In this document: one piece after another, positions 53,101 through 60,707 of the stretch
Position numbering within the stretch: the first letter of the stretch is position 1
Layout of the letters: each line of letters opens with the position of its first letter
Assembly (NCBI RefSeq): GCF_006345805.1
Contig: NC_043022.1
Location: 17,546,001 to 17,610,000, forward strand
DNA: 64,000 bases
Source of the DNA: Octopus sinensis
Taxonomy: Eukaryota
Reading direction: 5' to 3'
Made by a program: the position numbers and the translations under genes
Notes under the pieces: model-generated
Database searches by the model: none
What the model saw: the letters and a program-made list of their open reading frames with translations, nothing else
Told to the model about the DNA's origin: nothing

Positions 53101-54207
53101 GAGGACTTATAATCCATATAATATTGTTAAGCTTTTTCTAGCTTGTAAGCAGGTGGTTTTAGTGATTAAGTTGGCTTTGTTATCTCAGTGAACTGTTCTT
53201 TCAGTAGACTGTTGAATAACCTTTGAGCTTTTATGGAGACTTGTTAGATATTGTTTTCAGTCAAAAGTTTTGCAATATTTTGGTCACTTATTTGCATTAT
53301 TCATCAGATTACAAGAGAAGCAGTCAAGCATTCAAAGTAGGGGGCCATCATGTTGCATCACCTGAAACCACCTTTCTGCCAGTTGTTGTGTTTTGAGGGA
53401 AAGAACTCCTTTATGAAGCTTCCACCTCCTCTTCTATTCGCTTTGCAACTTTGTTAATTGATATATTTCATTTATATTTGTGTTTTTGTTTATACTTTTT
53501 ACACATCTTGGGCTTTGATTATTTTGTCTTATTAATTCTTTTTCTTGTTTTTCAGCAAAGATTTTCTCAAATCTTTGTTTCCAGGCTTTAGAATCATTAT
53601 ACAGTCTTTCCTTAAAACATTCTCTTTTCATATCTGATATCATGTTTATGTCTTAATCTTTTCTTCAAGTGAGTAACGTTTTCAGACCAGACCAAGACTG
53701 TTTTCCCTGCAGATATTATACATAATGCTCTGCTCATCTTGTATGGAGATGCAGATTATGCAAATGTAATCTTCCTCCATTTATGTATTTCTACAACTTG
53801 AAGAAGAGTAAAGTCAACTCATTCTTCTAATTGTCATATTTTTCATTGTTTTAACTATTTCTCACAATATACACAATCTTATCTTATCCACTAATTCTAT
53901 ATCTTATGCAACGTAAATATTCTCCTTTTTAATCTTGAACTAAATTATACAGTTTTTATTGGTTTTGTTGAACTGTTTTTATGTTTTATTATTGTTTAAA
54001 TTTTATTTTCAGGTTCAGAAAGTGTTTGATTTTATTAAGTCAATGCCAGGCTGTACAGCGTATGCAGAAGAGTTTCGCTCTCAAGAAATTGATGGCCAGG
54101 CTTTGCTTCTTCTCAAAGAAGATCATTTGATGACAGCCATGAACATGAAACTGGGGCCAGCATTGAAAATCTGTGCCAGGATTAATTCTTTGAAAGACAA
54201 CTTCTAA
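7524..54207 (+). CDS. ph: Polyhomeotic-like protein (PRC1 subunit), spliced CDS join(7524..7704,12275..12408,20959..21154,23764..23813,25446..26474,28724..28892,37345..37386,42554..42657,48731..48859,54013..54207), 742 aa
   Basis: Ten exons with AG/GT boundaries and matching phases (1,0,1,0,0,1,1,0,0) sum to 2229 nt, divisible by 3, with no internal stop. HD1 motif split over exons 25446-26474/28724-28892; SAM domain split PAKWT|VQKVFDFIKSMPGC...EIDGQALLLLKEDHL...MKLGPALKI. Additional small exons could have been missed. Confidence 0.9.
8420..9370. mobile_element. Cluster of RTE RT fragments in both orientations (+ 8420-8830; - 8900-9050 and 9130-9370)
   Basis: Homology to the KGRLYDACV...AVLHSSETW...EKL region of the RTE. 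Confidence 0.8.
10006..10223 (+). mobile_element. Mariner-type MITE, 218 bp, TA target duplication
   Basis: TA|tgagggggttactgaaaagttcctggcttt ... aaagccaggtacttttcagcatccctttg|TA; the interior encodes a mariner C-terminal remnant (GLEKLKDHCNKCVNLRGEYVE*). Confidence 0.85.
11150..11418 (-). mobile_element. tRNA-derived SINE (third type)
   Basis: The minus strand begins ggaaggcacatagcttagtggttagggtg (A box), followed by ttcttgagcaaaacactt...cagtccagtcagctgtaaatgggta, a core typical of conserved-domain SINEs. Confidence 0.65.
12275..12408 (+). CDS. ph: Ph coding exon 2 (GVYLAAAMQAGAMNQQ...SPKSPSVLSPSPTAGV)
   Basis: Acceptor cag at 12272-12274 (alternative in-frame cag at 12287-12289), donor GTA|gtgagt at 12408/12409; phase 1 to 0, open frame. 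Confidence 0.8.
13798..15590 (-). mobile_element. 5'-truncated CR1/Jockey-group LINE (RT domain to 3' tail) in a Ph intron, frameshifted
   Basis: ORFs 14927..15466, 14311..14769 and 13951..14277 give PGLDGVT...NYRPVSLTS...QFGF...YLDFAKAFNSVPH, LKYADDIKLY and FFTLRVAEAWNKL; (TTA)n-like tail near 13800. Same family as 56118-59100. Confidence 0.95.
19350..19680 (+). mobile_element. Abundant tRNA-derived SINE with an internal (TG)n; fragments also at 9370-9470, 18240-18320, 21970-22080 and 24290-24390
   Basis: gtgtggtaagaagcttg...ggttctgggttcag...aagtgtcttct..tatagcc...gatttggtaggtggaaactgaaagaagccc shared among copies. Confidence 0.75.
20959..21154 (+). CDS. ph: Ph coding exon 3 (TCVASVQSSASS...SLLVGQI)
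   Basis: Strong acceptor ttctttcttttcag|A, donor ATAG|gtaagc; phase 0 to 1; overlaps ORF 20965..21177. Confidence 0.85.
21650..21790 (-). mobile_element. Degenerate CR1/L2-group RT fragment
   Basis: VDGSLSVPFSINSGVSQSSLL..Y...INDF resembles V.G..S....INSGVPQGSVLGP.LF..FINDL. Confidence 0.6.
23278..23665 (-). mobile_element. Young tRNA-derived SINE (tRNA-Arg-like head), 388 bp, with 12-bp TSD
   Basis: A box TGGCCCAGTGG, B box GTTTCGATTCC, TCG in the anticodon-loop position, short A tail; direct repeat gtctaaattact at 23266-23277 and 23666-23677; CpGs intact. Confidence 0.9.
23764..23813 (+). CDS. ph: Ph coding exon 4, 50 nt (GVLPGQGPSGNPAFVSQ)
   Basis: Acceptor tttctttttccag|G, donor CAG|gtaaat; phase 1 to 0 bridges the neighbouring exons. 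Confidence 0.8.
25446..26474 (+). CDS. ph: Ph coding exon 5, large Q/S/T-rich exon ending in HD1 (KQKAIVKPHILTHVIEGFIIHEGPEPFP)
   Basis: Acceptor ttttttcttaacctttccag| at 25445/25446, in frame with ORF 25518..26588; donor CCG|gtgagt at 26474/26475; HD1 motif of the Ph family. Confidence 0.92.
27300..28165 (-). mobile_element. RTE LINE 3' fragment (RT C-terminus, 3'UTR, tail)
   Basis: ORF 27958..28167 (AEDMRRLERNEASMIRWMC...ERRLCWFGHVLRMDEER) plus 3'UTR and (CAT)n tail. Confidence 0.9.
28724..28892 (+). CDS. ph: Ph coding exon 6 (VQRSSLLTEYIPSK...RDGEAE)
   Basis: Acceptor tttattgtttag|G continues HD1 (EPFP|VQRSSLL). Donor AAG|gtttta is weak, so the 3' boundary is less certain. Confidence 0.8.
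29166..29590 (+). mobile_element. Two tandem tRNA-head SINEs with a conserved central domain (Nin/Deu-like); further copies at 30780-30870 and 32311-32525, and decayed minus-strand copies near 3570-3740, 8150-8260 and 48900-49030
   Basis: ggcggtgagctggcagaa...ctgagttcaaattc...actttgcctttcatcc...gataaaataagtaccag shared among copies. The family name is from memory and was not searched. Confidence 0.7.
34445..35162 (+). mobile_element. RTE LINE 3' fragment ending in (GAT)n
   Basis: VKKCQSLTVEGTC.R.R.RKTWDEVVKHD, then a 3'UTR with a 42-bp tandem array and the tail. Confidence 0.85.
34667..34857. repeat. 42-bp tandem repeat, about 4.5 copies, inside an RTE 3'UTR
   Basis: Unit ttgggcctca.ggaggcaaagtgactgagttcctttcgagcg repeated contiguously. 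Confidence 0.85.
35163..35560 (-). mobile_element. RTE 3'UTR/tail fragment abutting the + copy tail-to-tail
   Basis: (CAT)n followed by gtttagcgtccgttttccatgctggcatggg..., with 4 copies of the about 52-bp subrepeat. Confidence 0.85.
37345..37386 (+). CDS. ph: Ph coding exon 7, 42-nt symmetric exon (GLLGPPNVDKRMSS)
   Basis: Acceptor ttattttactttcag|G, donor CAG|gtgagt; phase 1 to 1, open frame. Confidence 0.7.
38560..38785 (+). mobile_element. piggyBac-type MITE family A (TTAA|CCCTTTAG...CTAAAGGG|TTAA); further copies at 32860-33090 (-), 33370-33730 (+, partly duplicated) and 37405-37480
   Basis: TTAA at 38556-38559 and 38786-38789, with short TIRs beginning CCC; interior shared among copies. 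Confidence 0.8.
39403..40266. mobile_element. Mariner-derived fold-back element made of two transposon 5' ends
   Basis: Left TA then catggtctgatcaataagtatccggactg; right end is the reverse complement (cagtccagatacttattgatcagacct). Transposase N-terminus on + (MTKKVEQRICIKFC) and on - (SRPATSRTEKN...TIREL..VQISYGSVQSIISEYLG.R.MSAKFVPKLL). Confidence 0.88.
42554..42657 (+). CDS. ph: Ph coding exon 8, basic/NLS-like (GSGPKYVKRRKPTLKVRKTWRPSRVGRMSYNIPSR)
   Basis: Acceptor tctctttatccttgtag|G, donor AGG|gtaaga; phase 1 to 0. Confidence 0.8.
43904..44119. mobile_element. piggyBac-type MITE family B (TTAA|CCCTTTTG...CAAAAGGG|TTAA); second copy at about 20657-20867
   Basis: TTAA at 43900-43903 and 44120-44123; interior closely similar to 20657-20867. 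Confidence 0.8.
45988..46235. repeat. 25-bp minisatellite, about 10 copies (consensus cattcagatcccaggtctccctctg; two 27-bp units)
   Basis: Units read directly from the sequence; contiguous, no spacers. Confidence 0.92.
46235..46900 (-). mobile_element. Degenerate RTE RT fragment
   Basis: ORF 46646..46828 is a frameshifted version of GSVLSPLLFIIVLQAITEEFKTGCPWELLYADD; 46240-46300 matches KGLS.R.K.R.YD.CV. Confidence 0.75.
48731..48859 (+). CDS. ph: Ph coding exon 9, Ser-rich linker plus start of SAM (LPAEEHSSS...HPAKWT)
   Basis: Acceptor ttgttgttcag|C, donor ACT|gtaagt; phase 0 to 0; ends in the P-x-x-W-T motif that opens Ph SAM domains. Confidence 0.88.
49600..49800 (-). mobile_element. RT fragment of a second, BovB-like RTE family
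   Basis: FTDDYTLITTTEAQMQQSMTCVSTACNNFGLTI resembles the FADDCAL...MQRSMD.FS.AC.NFGLTI motif. Confidence 0.65.
54013..54207 (+). CDS. ph: Ph last coding exon, SAM domain
   Basis: Acceptor ttttattttcag|G; VQKVFDFIKSMPGCTAYAEEFRSQEIDGQALLLLKEDHLMTAMNMKLGPALKICARINSLKDNF*; stop TAA at 54205-54207. Confidence 0.95.
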   Translation, partial: VQKVFDFIKSMPGCTAYAEEFRSQEIDGQALLLLKEDHLMTAMNMKLGPALKICARINSLKDNF

Positions 54208-55330
54208 AACAAAAAAAAAGCAATAATAAAAATAAAAAAGTTCTTTTAATCCCATCCCCTCAAAAAAAAAAAAGAAGACTTCTCAAAAGTTTATGTAACT
54301 TTTAAATTTTAACAGAAAACTTTTTTTACCAATTTTTTTAATTCAACAAACTGTGTCACTCATCCGAAATAATCCCATCATTTGCTAAACCAACTGCACT
54401 GCATTTTCATAAACCATACTTAAATGCATTTTACCCTTTAAATTGTTGCTGCTCTCCACCACCATTTGCAGTAAACAATAGTGCAATTAAGAGAATTCTT
54501 GTTCTATACACATACATAATGTGTATGTAATGTGAGTGTGCATGTGTGTGTGTGTGTAATATGTGTGTGTGTTGAACATAGTAATAACGATAATCTTAGT
54601 TTGTTCAAAGTAAATAACATTGTTCTCCTTATTGTAACTGCCAGCATCCATTCGTAATCATCAGTTTAATGGGTTTTTTTTAATTGAAAAAAGAAGAAAA
54701 AGCATAGAAGATACATTTCGGGTTGAAATTAATCAAAAAGTGTGACTCTTGTGCAAGTGTGAATATGACTTTCATTCTATAAATATCAGCATTTTTCAAG
54801 AAATTCACTGATCTTCAGTGTGATGTGATGCCCAGGTTTCATCTTTTCTCTGTTGAGTTCTTCATTATACATTTCAGTAACTTCTCCTCCTCCCCCTCTC
54901 TCTCCTCTCTTTTTTGTATTTGATGTCTTTATTATTATTATTATTATTTCTCTCTGTGATGGAATTTATGACTAGTTCTTGGTTTAATTCAGAACTATTA
55001 AGACATGGCAAATATCATTTTTTTAATCACCCCCCCCCCCCCCTATAATAATTGCACCAATTTATCTCATTTTCTAAAATATTCTTTTGGTTTGTTTTAT
55101 TTATTTATTTTTTTGTTTGATTTGAAAAGAAGCTAAACATTCTTTGCTGTTTGTATAAGTTCCCTCCCTAAAAAAGGAAAAAAAAATGTAAATTTATTTT
55201 TTAATGTGCTGAGCCTTGTTAGAAAACCAATTTGACCAAGTTAATTCCTTTGAGAGCAGAACAGAAAGGAGGAAGAGATATTAATTAATAAAAACTGAAT
55301 TTAAATAAAATTAGTAAAACAACAAAAAAT
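54208..55330 (+). terminator. Probable Ph 3'UTR with candidate polyadenylation signals
   Basis: AT-rich, repeat-poor stretch after the stop; AATAAA at 54225, 54231, 55287 and 55304. The true cleavage site is unknown. Confidence 0.5.
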
Positions 55331-55888
55331 GTAAATTATTTTTTTAAGCTTTTATAGCAGTGTTTTTTTTACTTTTTTTTTATTAATAATCTTCACAAAG
55401 AATTGGAGAATATCGTTAGCTGTCGTGGATCCTGTCAGTTTGTCAGTTTCTGAGATAATTATAGGGAAAGATTATATAAGAAAAATATTATGACTTAGAT
55501 ATTTACTTTCAGTTTGACTATTTAAAAATAGGCCTGTGTTTTTTCATGCTTGTTTTAGATTATATATCTTGTAGAGAAGTACAGGGGTGGTGGAGGTCCC
55601 CCCCCCTTTATATTTCTACTTACTTTTTTTTTTTTGTTTTTCAAGTATTGTAGTTATATTTGTGGTTTTACCAATAGATATTAAATGTAAGATTGGAAGT
55701 GAAATATGATGTTACTAGGTTTATATCAGATCACAGTTTTAAAATTTCTGCAGATTTTACTTTTCCATTTAGAAGTTGGCCATCCTGCGTCCTGAATCAG
55801 TATTCTTCAACTCAAGAATTTGTAAGCAGCAAACATAAGAATTGTTGGCAGCAAACTGATAAGTTGTGTTTTCAGTTTTATAAAGTTG

Positions 55889-58800
55889 TACCAGCAAAAA
55901 TTCCAAAAGAAATGGCTTAAGATGCCAGCATTTACTAAGTGGTTGTGTGAAGTAACGAGTGACCAATCTAATGCACATTGCAGATATTGTAGCTGTAACA
56001 TGTTGACAAAATATTCTCTTTTTTAGTAAGCCACTGTGAAGCAAAGAAGCATAAGGCATCAACTCCACAGCAAATGATTCCTCTTACCAATTTTATTAAA
56101 ACAAAAAACGTGGAAGAGAGATACTAGCTGATCTGAGTGCTCTCTACCCACAATAACTGACACTGAAAAAAATCTAAAAAGACTACAGCAACTCAGGGAA
56201 ACTAAACCAGAACAACCTGCCATCCTCTACACACCATCATAAACTGCAAGCAGGGTACAAATTGTTGTCCTTAAATGCTCGCAGTTTATGCAACAAAATA
56301 CATTTGTTCAACGCCTACGTCAGAAGTATTGACCTTGACTTCATCACTGTCACGGAAACATGGGCGCATTCCTTACTCTGTGATGGGGTTTTCAACATTA
56401 CGGGGTACAACCTCTTCCGTAAGGACCGCATTAACCGCCGTGGTGGTGGTGTGATGGTCTACATTCGTTCAAATTTTTTCGGTAATTCCTTGTGCCGATT
56501 TGAACGAATCACAAGAAGAAGTTTTTTTTGTGACGTACGTATGACCATGTCAACACTCCTGCTTGGCGTTGTTTATCGTCCCCCAAATTACCATCAGGAC
56601 ACACAGCTTTGCAATATCCTCCGAGCTGCTGCCAGGAAAACAGCCTTTTATGTTTTTATTGCAGGCGATTTCAATCATCCTGAGATCAATTGGGAAACCT
56701 TCCATTGGCCACAGAGTGCAAACGATTTTGTTGAGCTTGTACTGGACTCAAACTGGTCACAAGTAGTCACCTCTCCAACAAGAGGCGACAACACCTTGGA
56801 CCTGCTCTTCACCACAACTCCTGAAGCGGTTATCAATTGCACTACGGAGGAACCTCTAGGTGACTGATCATGCTATGATCGTCGCCAATCTGGCTCTTGC
56901 GGGCAACAAAAACCTGAACCATCTCCAATCTGCTTCCTTCGATTGGAAGAGAGCAGATTGGAACCTGTACCACACTGAACTACAGCACCCAAACTGGCAT
57001 GAATTCTACAACTCTGGAGATGTGAATACTATACTCCAGAGTATCCTGGACTCAATATGGGCAGCATGTGCAGCATCAGTGCCACGTAGGCAGAAAAAAA
57101 AGAACCGCCCCAAAAGGGCAATTTGGGAAACTTCAGCGGTCCAACTTGCCAGGAAGGAACGTCGGACTGCTGAATGGGAATACAAGTTGCATAAATCAGA
57201 CACCAACAGGAAGAAGCGGAATAAATCTTCCAACCATCTCAAGCAAGTGACAAAAAAAGCAGTGCTTGAATTTGAACAGTGCATAGCAGCCAATCCTGAC
57301 AGCAAGGTTTTCTGGAAATATGTGCATTCGAAGCAGAGACCTCACTCTCCAGTGGGCCCTCTTCGCAACCCTCACACAAACCAGATCACTGACGACCCCA
57401 AGGAATGCGCAGAACTCATTGCCGAGTGCTATGCAAACATATTCACTGTTGAAAGTCAAAATGTACCATCTTCACCATCACTAACAGCAAATTCCATAAC
57501 AACTATGGAATTAACACCTGCAATGCTGCGACGTCACCTTCAAAATAAGCGCAACTATGCCTCCCCTGGTCTTGATGGCGTTACATACCTGCTTCTCAAA
57601 CGTGGCAGGTACTTCCTTTTACACCAGCTTTCTATTTTCTTCCAGTACTGTCTCAACAATGGTGCTACTCCGGAGCAGTGGAAAACTGCCAGTGTCATTC
57701 CTCTGTTCAAAAAGGGCGACCGCACATCACCTGTCAACTATCGCCCAGTCAGTCTCACTAGCTGTATTGCAAAACTGATGGAATCGTGTGTCAGAGAAAC
57801 ACTCTGGAACTTCTGGGGCTCTCACAGTCTCATCCGACCCTCACAATATGGATTTGTCCCTAAATCCAGCTACAGTGATCAGCTTGTCGAGTTCCTTGAG
57901 GACATTACTCAGATCACTGACAGTGGCTCATGGGTGGATGTTGTCTACCTTGACTTTGCTAAGGCTTTCAACTCTGTGCCACACAAAAGGCTTATGGTGA
58001 AACTCTCTGCAATGGGTGTGAGGGATGACCTTTTTAACTGGTTGAAATCCTTCATTCTCAGCCGAAAGGAGGTAGTCACAGTTCTAGGACAGCATTCTAC
58101 ACCATATGAGATGTCATCGGGTGTACCACAGGGATCTGTCCTTGGTCCCCTTTTGTTTGTGGCATACATTAATGACATAGATGCCAATTTAAAGAATGCC
58201 ACAGTATTGAAATATGCAGACGACATCAAGCTGTACCTTGAAATCAAGAGGACAGATCCTGATGTCTACAACTCTTTCCTGCAATCAGACCTAGACACAA
58301 TGCAGCAATGGATCACAGACTGGCAACTGAAACTGGCTGTGGACAAGTGTACCACCATGCATTTTGGGAGAAAAAACCCTGCGTCCACATACTCCCTCCA
58401 CAACACTGATATCAAGAAATCCTCTTGCGAACGTGACCTAGGCATCACTGTCAGCAGTGATTTGCGTTGGACAAAGCATATCTCTAAAATTGTCAAGAAG
58501 GCCGAGGGTGTCTTGGCATCACTCAGCAAGACTTTTGTTAGCCGCTCTCCAGCCATCTATTTAAAACTGTATACAGCTATGGTACGATCACACTTGGAAT
58601 TCGCATCATCAGTTTGGAACCCCTATCTTGCTCAGAACATCGACCTCCTGGAATCTGTCCAGAGACGTGCAACCAAACGCATACCCTCCATCAGACACCT
58701 ACCATATTCTGAGTGCCTTGTTTCCCTGGGCATGGATTCACTGAAGCTCCGGCGTCTGGCGACGGACTTGGTGAACACCCACAAAGTTATCAACCACCTC

Positions 58801-60415
58801 ACCAACAACAACACTGAACACCTTTTTGATCTCCATGTGTCTAACACACGTGGACATGCCTACAAAGTCAGAAAACAACACAGCTCCCATGACTTTCGGA
58901 AACATTTTTTCACGCTCAGAGTTGCTGAAGCATGGAATAAACTGCCTGCGTCAGTTGTTGACTGCCATGACACTGCATCCTTTAAGGCCCTCATGCTTTC
59001 CGAAATCCGCCGAAACTACACCTGATTATATATACACTTTCGATGAGTTGTAGTGCACCTGAGCACTGTACACAATTATTATTATTATTATTATTATTAT
59101 TTATAAGACATCTATGCTTGAAGCAAATTTAGCAATGTTTCTTTGTTGCCACTCATTATTTAATAAACTGTGATCACTTAATAGAGTTATGTAAGAATTA
59201 TATGTCTGATAGTGATATTATGTTCAAAGTGAAGTTGCATTGTACAAAATGTGCAAATATTGTGAGAAATGTAGTTCCATATTTTGATGGAGATTTGATT
59301 TCTGATACAGGAGATAGAAAATTTAGCCTGTTATTAGATGAATCCAAATGATATATCAATAAACAGGGTGTCAGGAATTGTTATGTATTACAGTGTCACT
59401 CAGAAAAAAGTGGTACATACACATCTCAGTGTGGTATCTTTAGAAACATGTGATTCAGATGGGATTGTAGATGCCTTGAAAATTGAATTAGTGAAAAAGA
59501 AATTAGATATAAAACATTTACTGGCCATAGGAACCGACAATGCTAGAGCAATGATAGGAGTCAACAATGGTGTTTTCCAGAAATTAAATGAAGTTCTATC
59601 ATTAATTCTGTTTAGATGTGTATGTGTCATTCTTTACAGCTGGCAGTATTCCACACTTGTGCTGAAAATTTAAAATTTTCTGTATCCGTAACATAAAGCA
59701 AATTTAGGCTACAAGTTTGAGAGAAAGATAGCAGAAATGATTATCAAGAAGACTGTAACAGCCACTGAAGAAAATAATATTTGCAAAAGAACACAACAAT
59801 TTTTACTTTTTATAAAGAGTTCAAGTTAATATACTGAGGAATATCAAATGTTTTCAGCAGAGAATACTTTGCAGCATTTCAAAGAGCCAATTTTACCAGT
59901 CTTAGAAGCAGTGCATTTAAATGAAGATAAAATTGCTTCAATTGAAATTCAGTTTCATAACACTCATTTAGTTAAATGGACAAATACATCTGATACTGAA
60001 AGTCTTGGAATATAAAAGATGCTCCTGGAGGAAATCCTTTTAGAGATGTCGTAAATTTTGCCATTAATCTATTGACATTGCCAAACTCAAATGGAAAAGT
60101 CGAACAGTTGTTCAGTAGTATGGGAGTAATCAAATCAAAATTCCGAAACACATAATTAACAAGATTGGGACCTTGGATGTATACAGAAGTCAAGACCTAG
60201 GCACTGCAGCTGGAAGGGATCAAATCAGTGAAATTCAAGAAATTATTTCTCAATGCTGAATATAATTAAAGAAAGTAAATCAAAATGTAAGTAAAAATTA
60301 AGTTTTTTGATATAATTAGTCTTTAGCATTTTCTAGCTTTTTTTTTTTTTGTGGCGGGGGTATTTTTTCTACTTGAAATTTAGCATAAAATTCTGATCTT
60401 AAGTTGGTAACACTG
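55889..60415 (+). mobile_element. Decayed hAT-family DNA transposon, interrupted by the CR1 LINE
   Basis: 55889-56117 translates (one frameshift) to YQQKFQKKW...KWLCEVTSDQSNAHCRYCSC...HCEAKKH, an N-terminal Zn finger. 59105-60180 gives LEANLAMFLCCH..CDHL..KLHCTKC..FSLLLDES, GTDNARAMIGVNNGV, FRCVC and LLTLPNSNGKVEQLFS..KSKFRN (dimerisation domain). Candidate right TIR gttggtaacactg at 60403-60415; left TIR not found. Confidence 0.85.
56118..59100 (+). mobile_element. CR1/Jockey-group LINE, 5'-truncated, near-complete ORF2 (APE endonuclease 56262-56865 plus RT 56860-59025)
   Basis: EN motifs LNARS, VTETW, YRPP, GDFNHPEINW, LDL; RT motifs NYRPVSLTS, DFAKAFNSVPH, GVPQGSVLGP, YADD; (TTA)n tail at about 59075-59100; frameshift at about 56865. 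Confidence 0.97.
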
Positions 60416-60707
60416 GTTTTGAGCCTACGTTCTTCTACAGAAGAGAAATCAGATGGAAAGAGAGAAAAAAATGTCTCTGGATTAATGGTTGCAAGAGAGA
60501 GAGAGTATTTGATTTTGAGGCACAAAACAACATGCTAAAAACAAAAAGTATGCTGAAATAAGACCCCTGTATATTACAGGTATCTATTTTGTAAACTATA
60601 TACAATGAAGACAAGAAAAGTAACATCAACTTAATTCATTTCAGCTTCAAATACCAATTTCTTTTAACTAAGTTTCGGACAACTTTTACAGAGGAATTGA
60701 CTTTAGT

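Noticed and set aside
55570-55620. Left terminal inverted repeat of the hAT element
   Set aside because: caggggtggtgg does not match the reverse complement of the candidate right TIR (cagtgttaccaac) and no 8-bp TSD was seen.
57006-58847. Antisense ORFs over the LINE
   Set aside because: Shadow ORFs of ORF2; equivalent ones occur over the intronic copy simply through homology.
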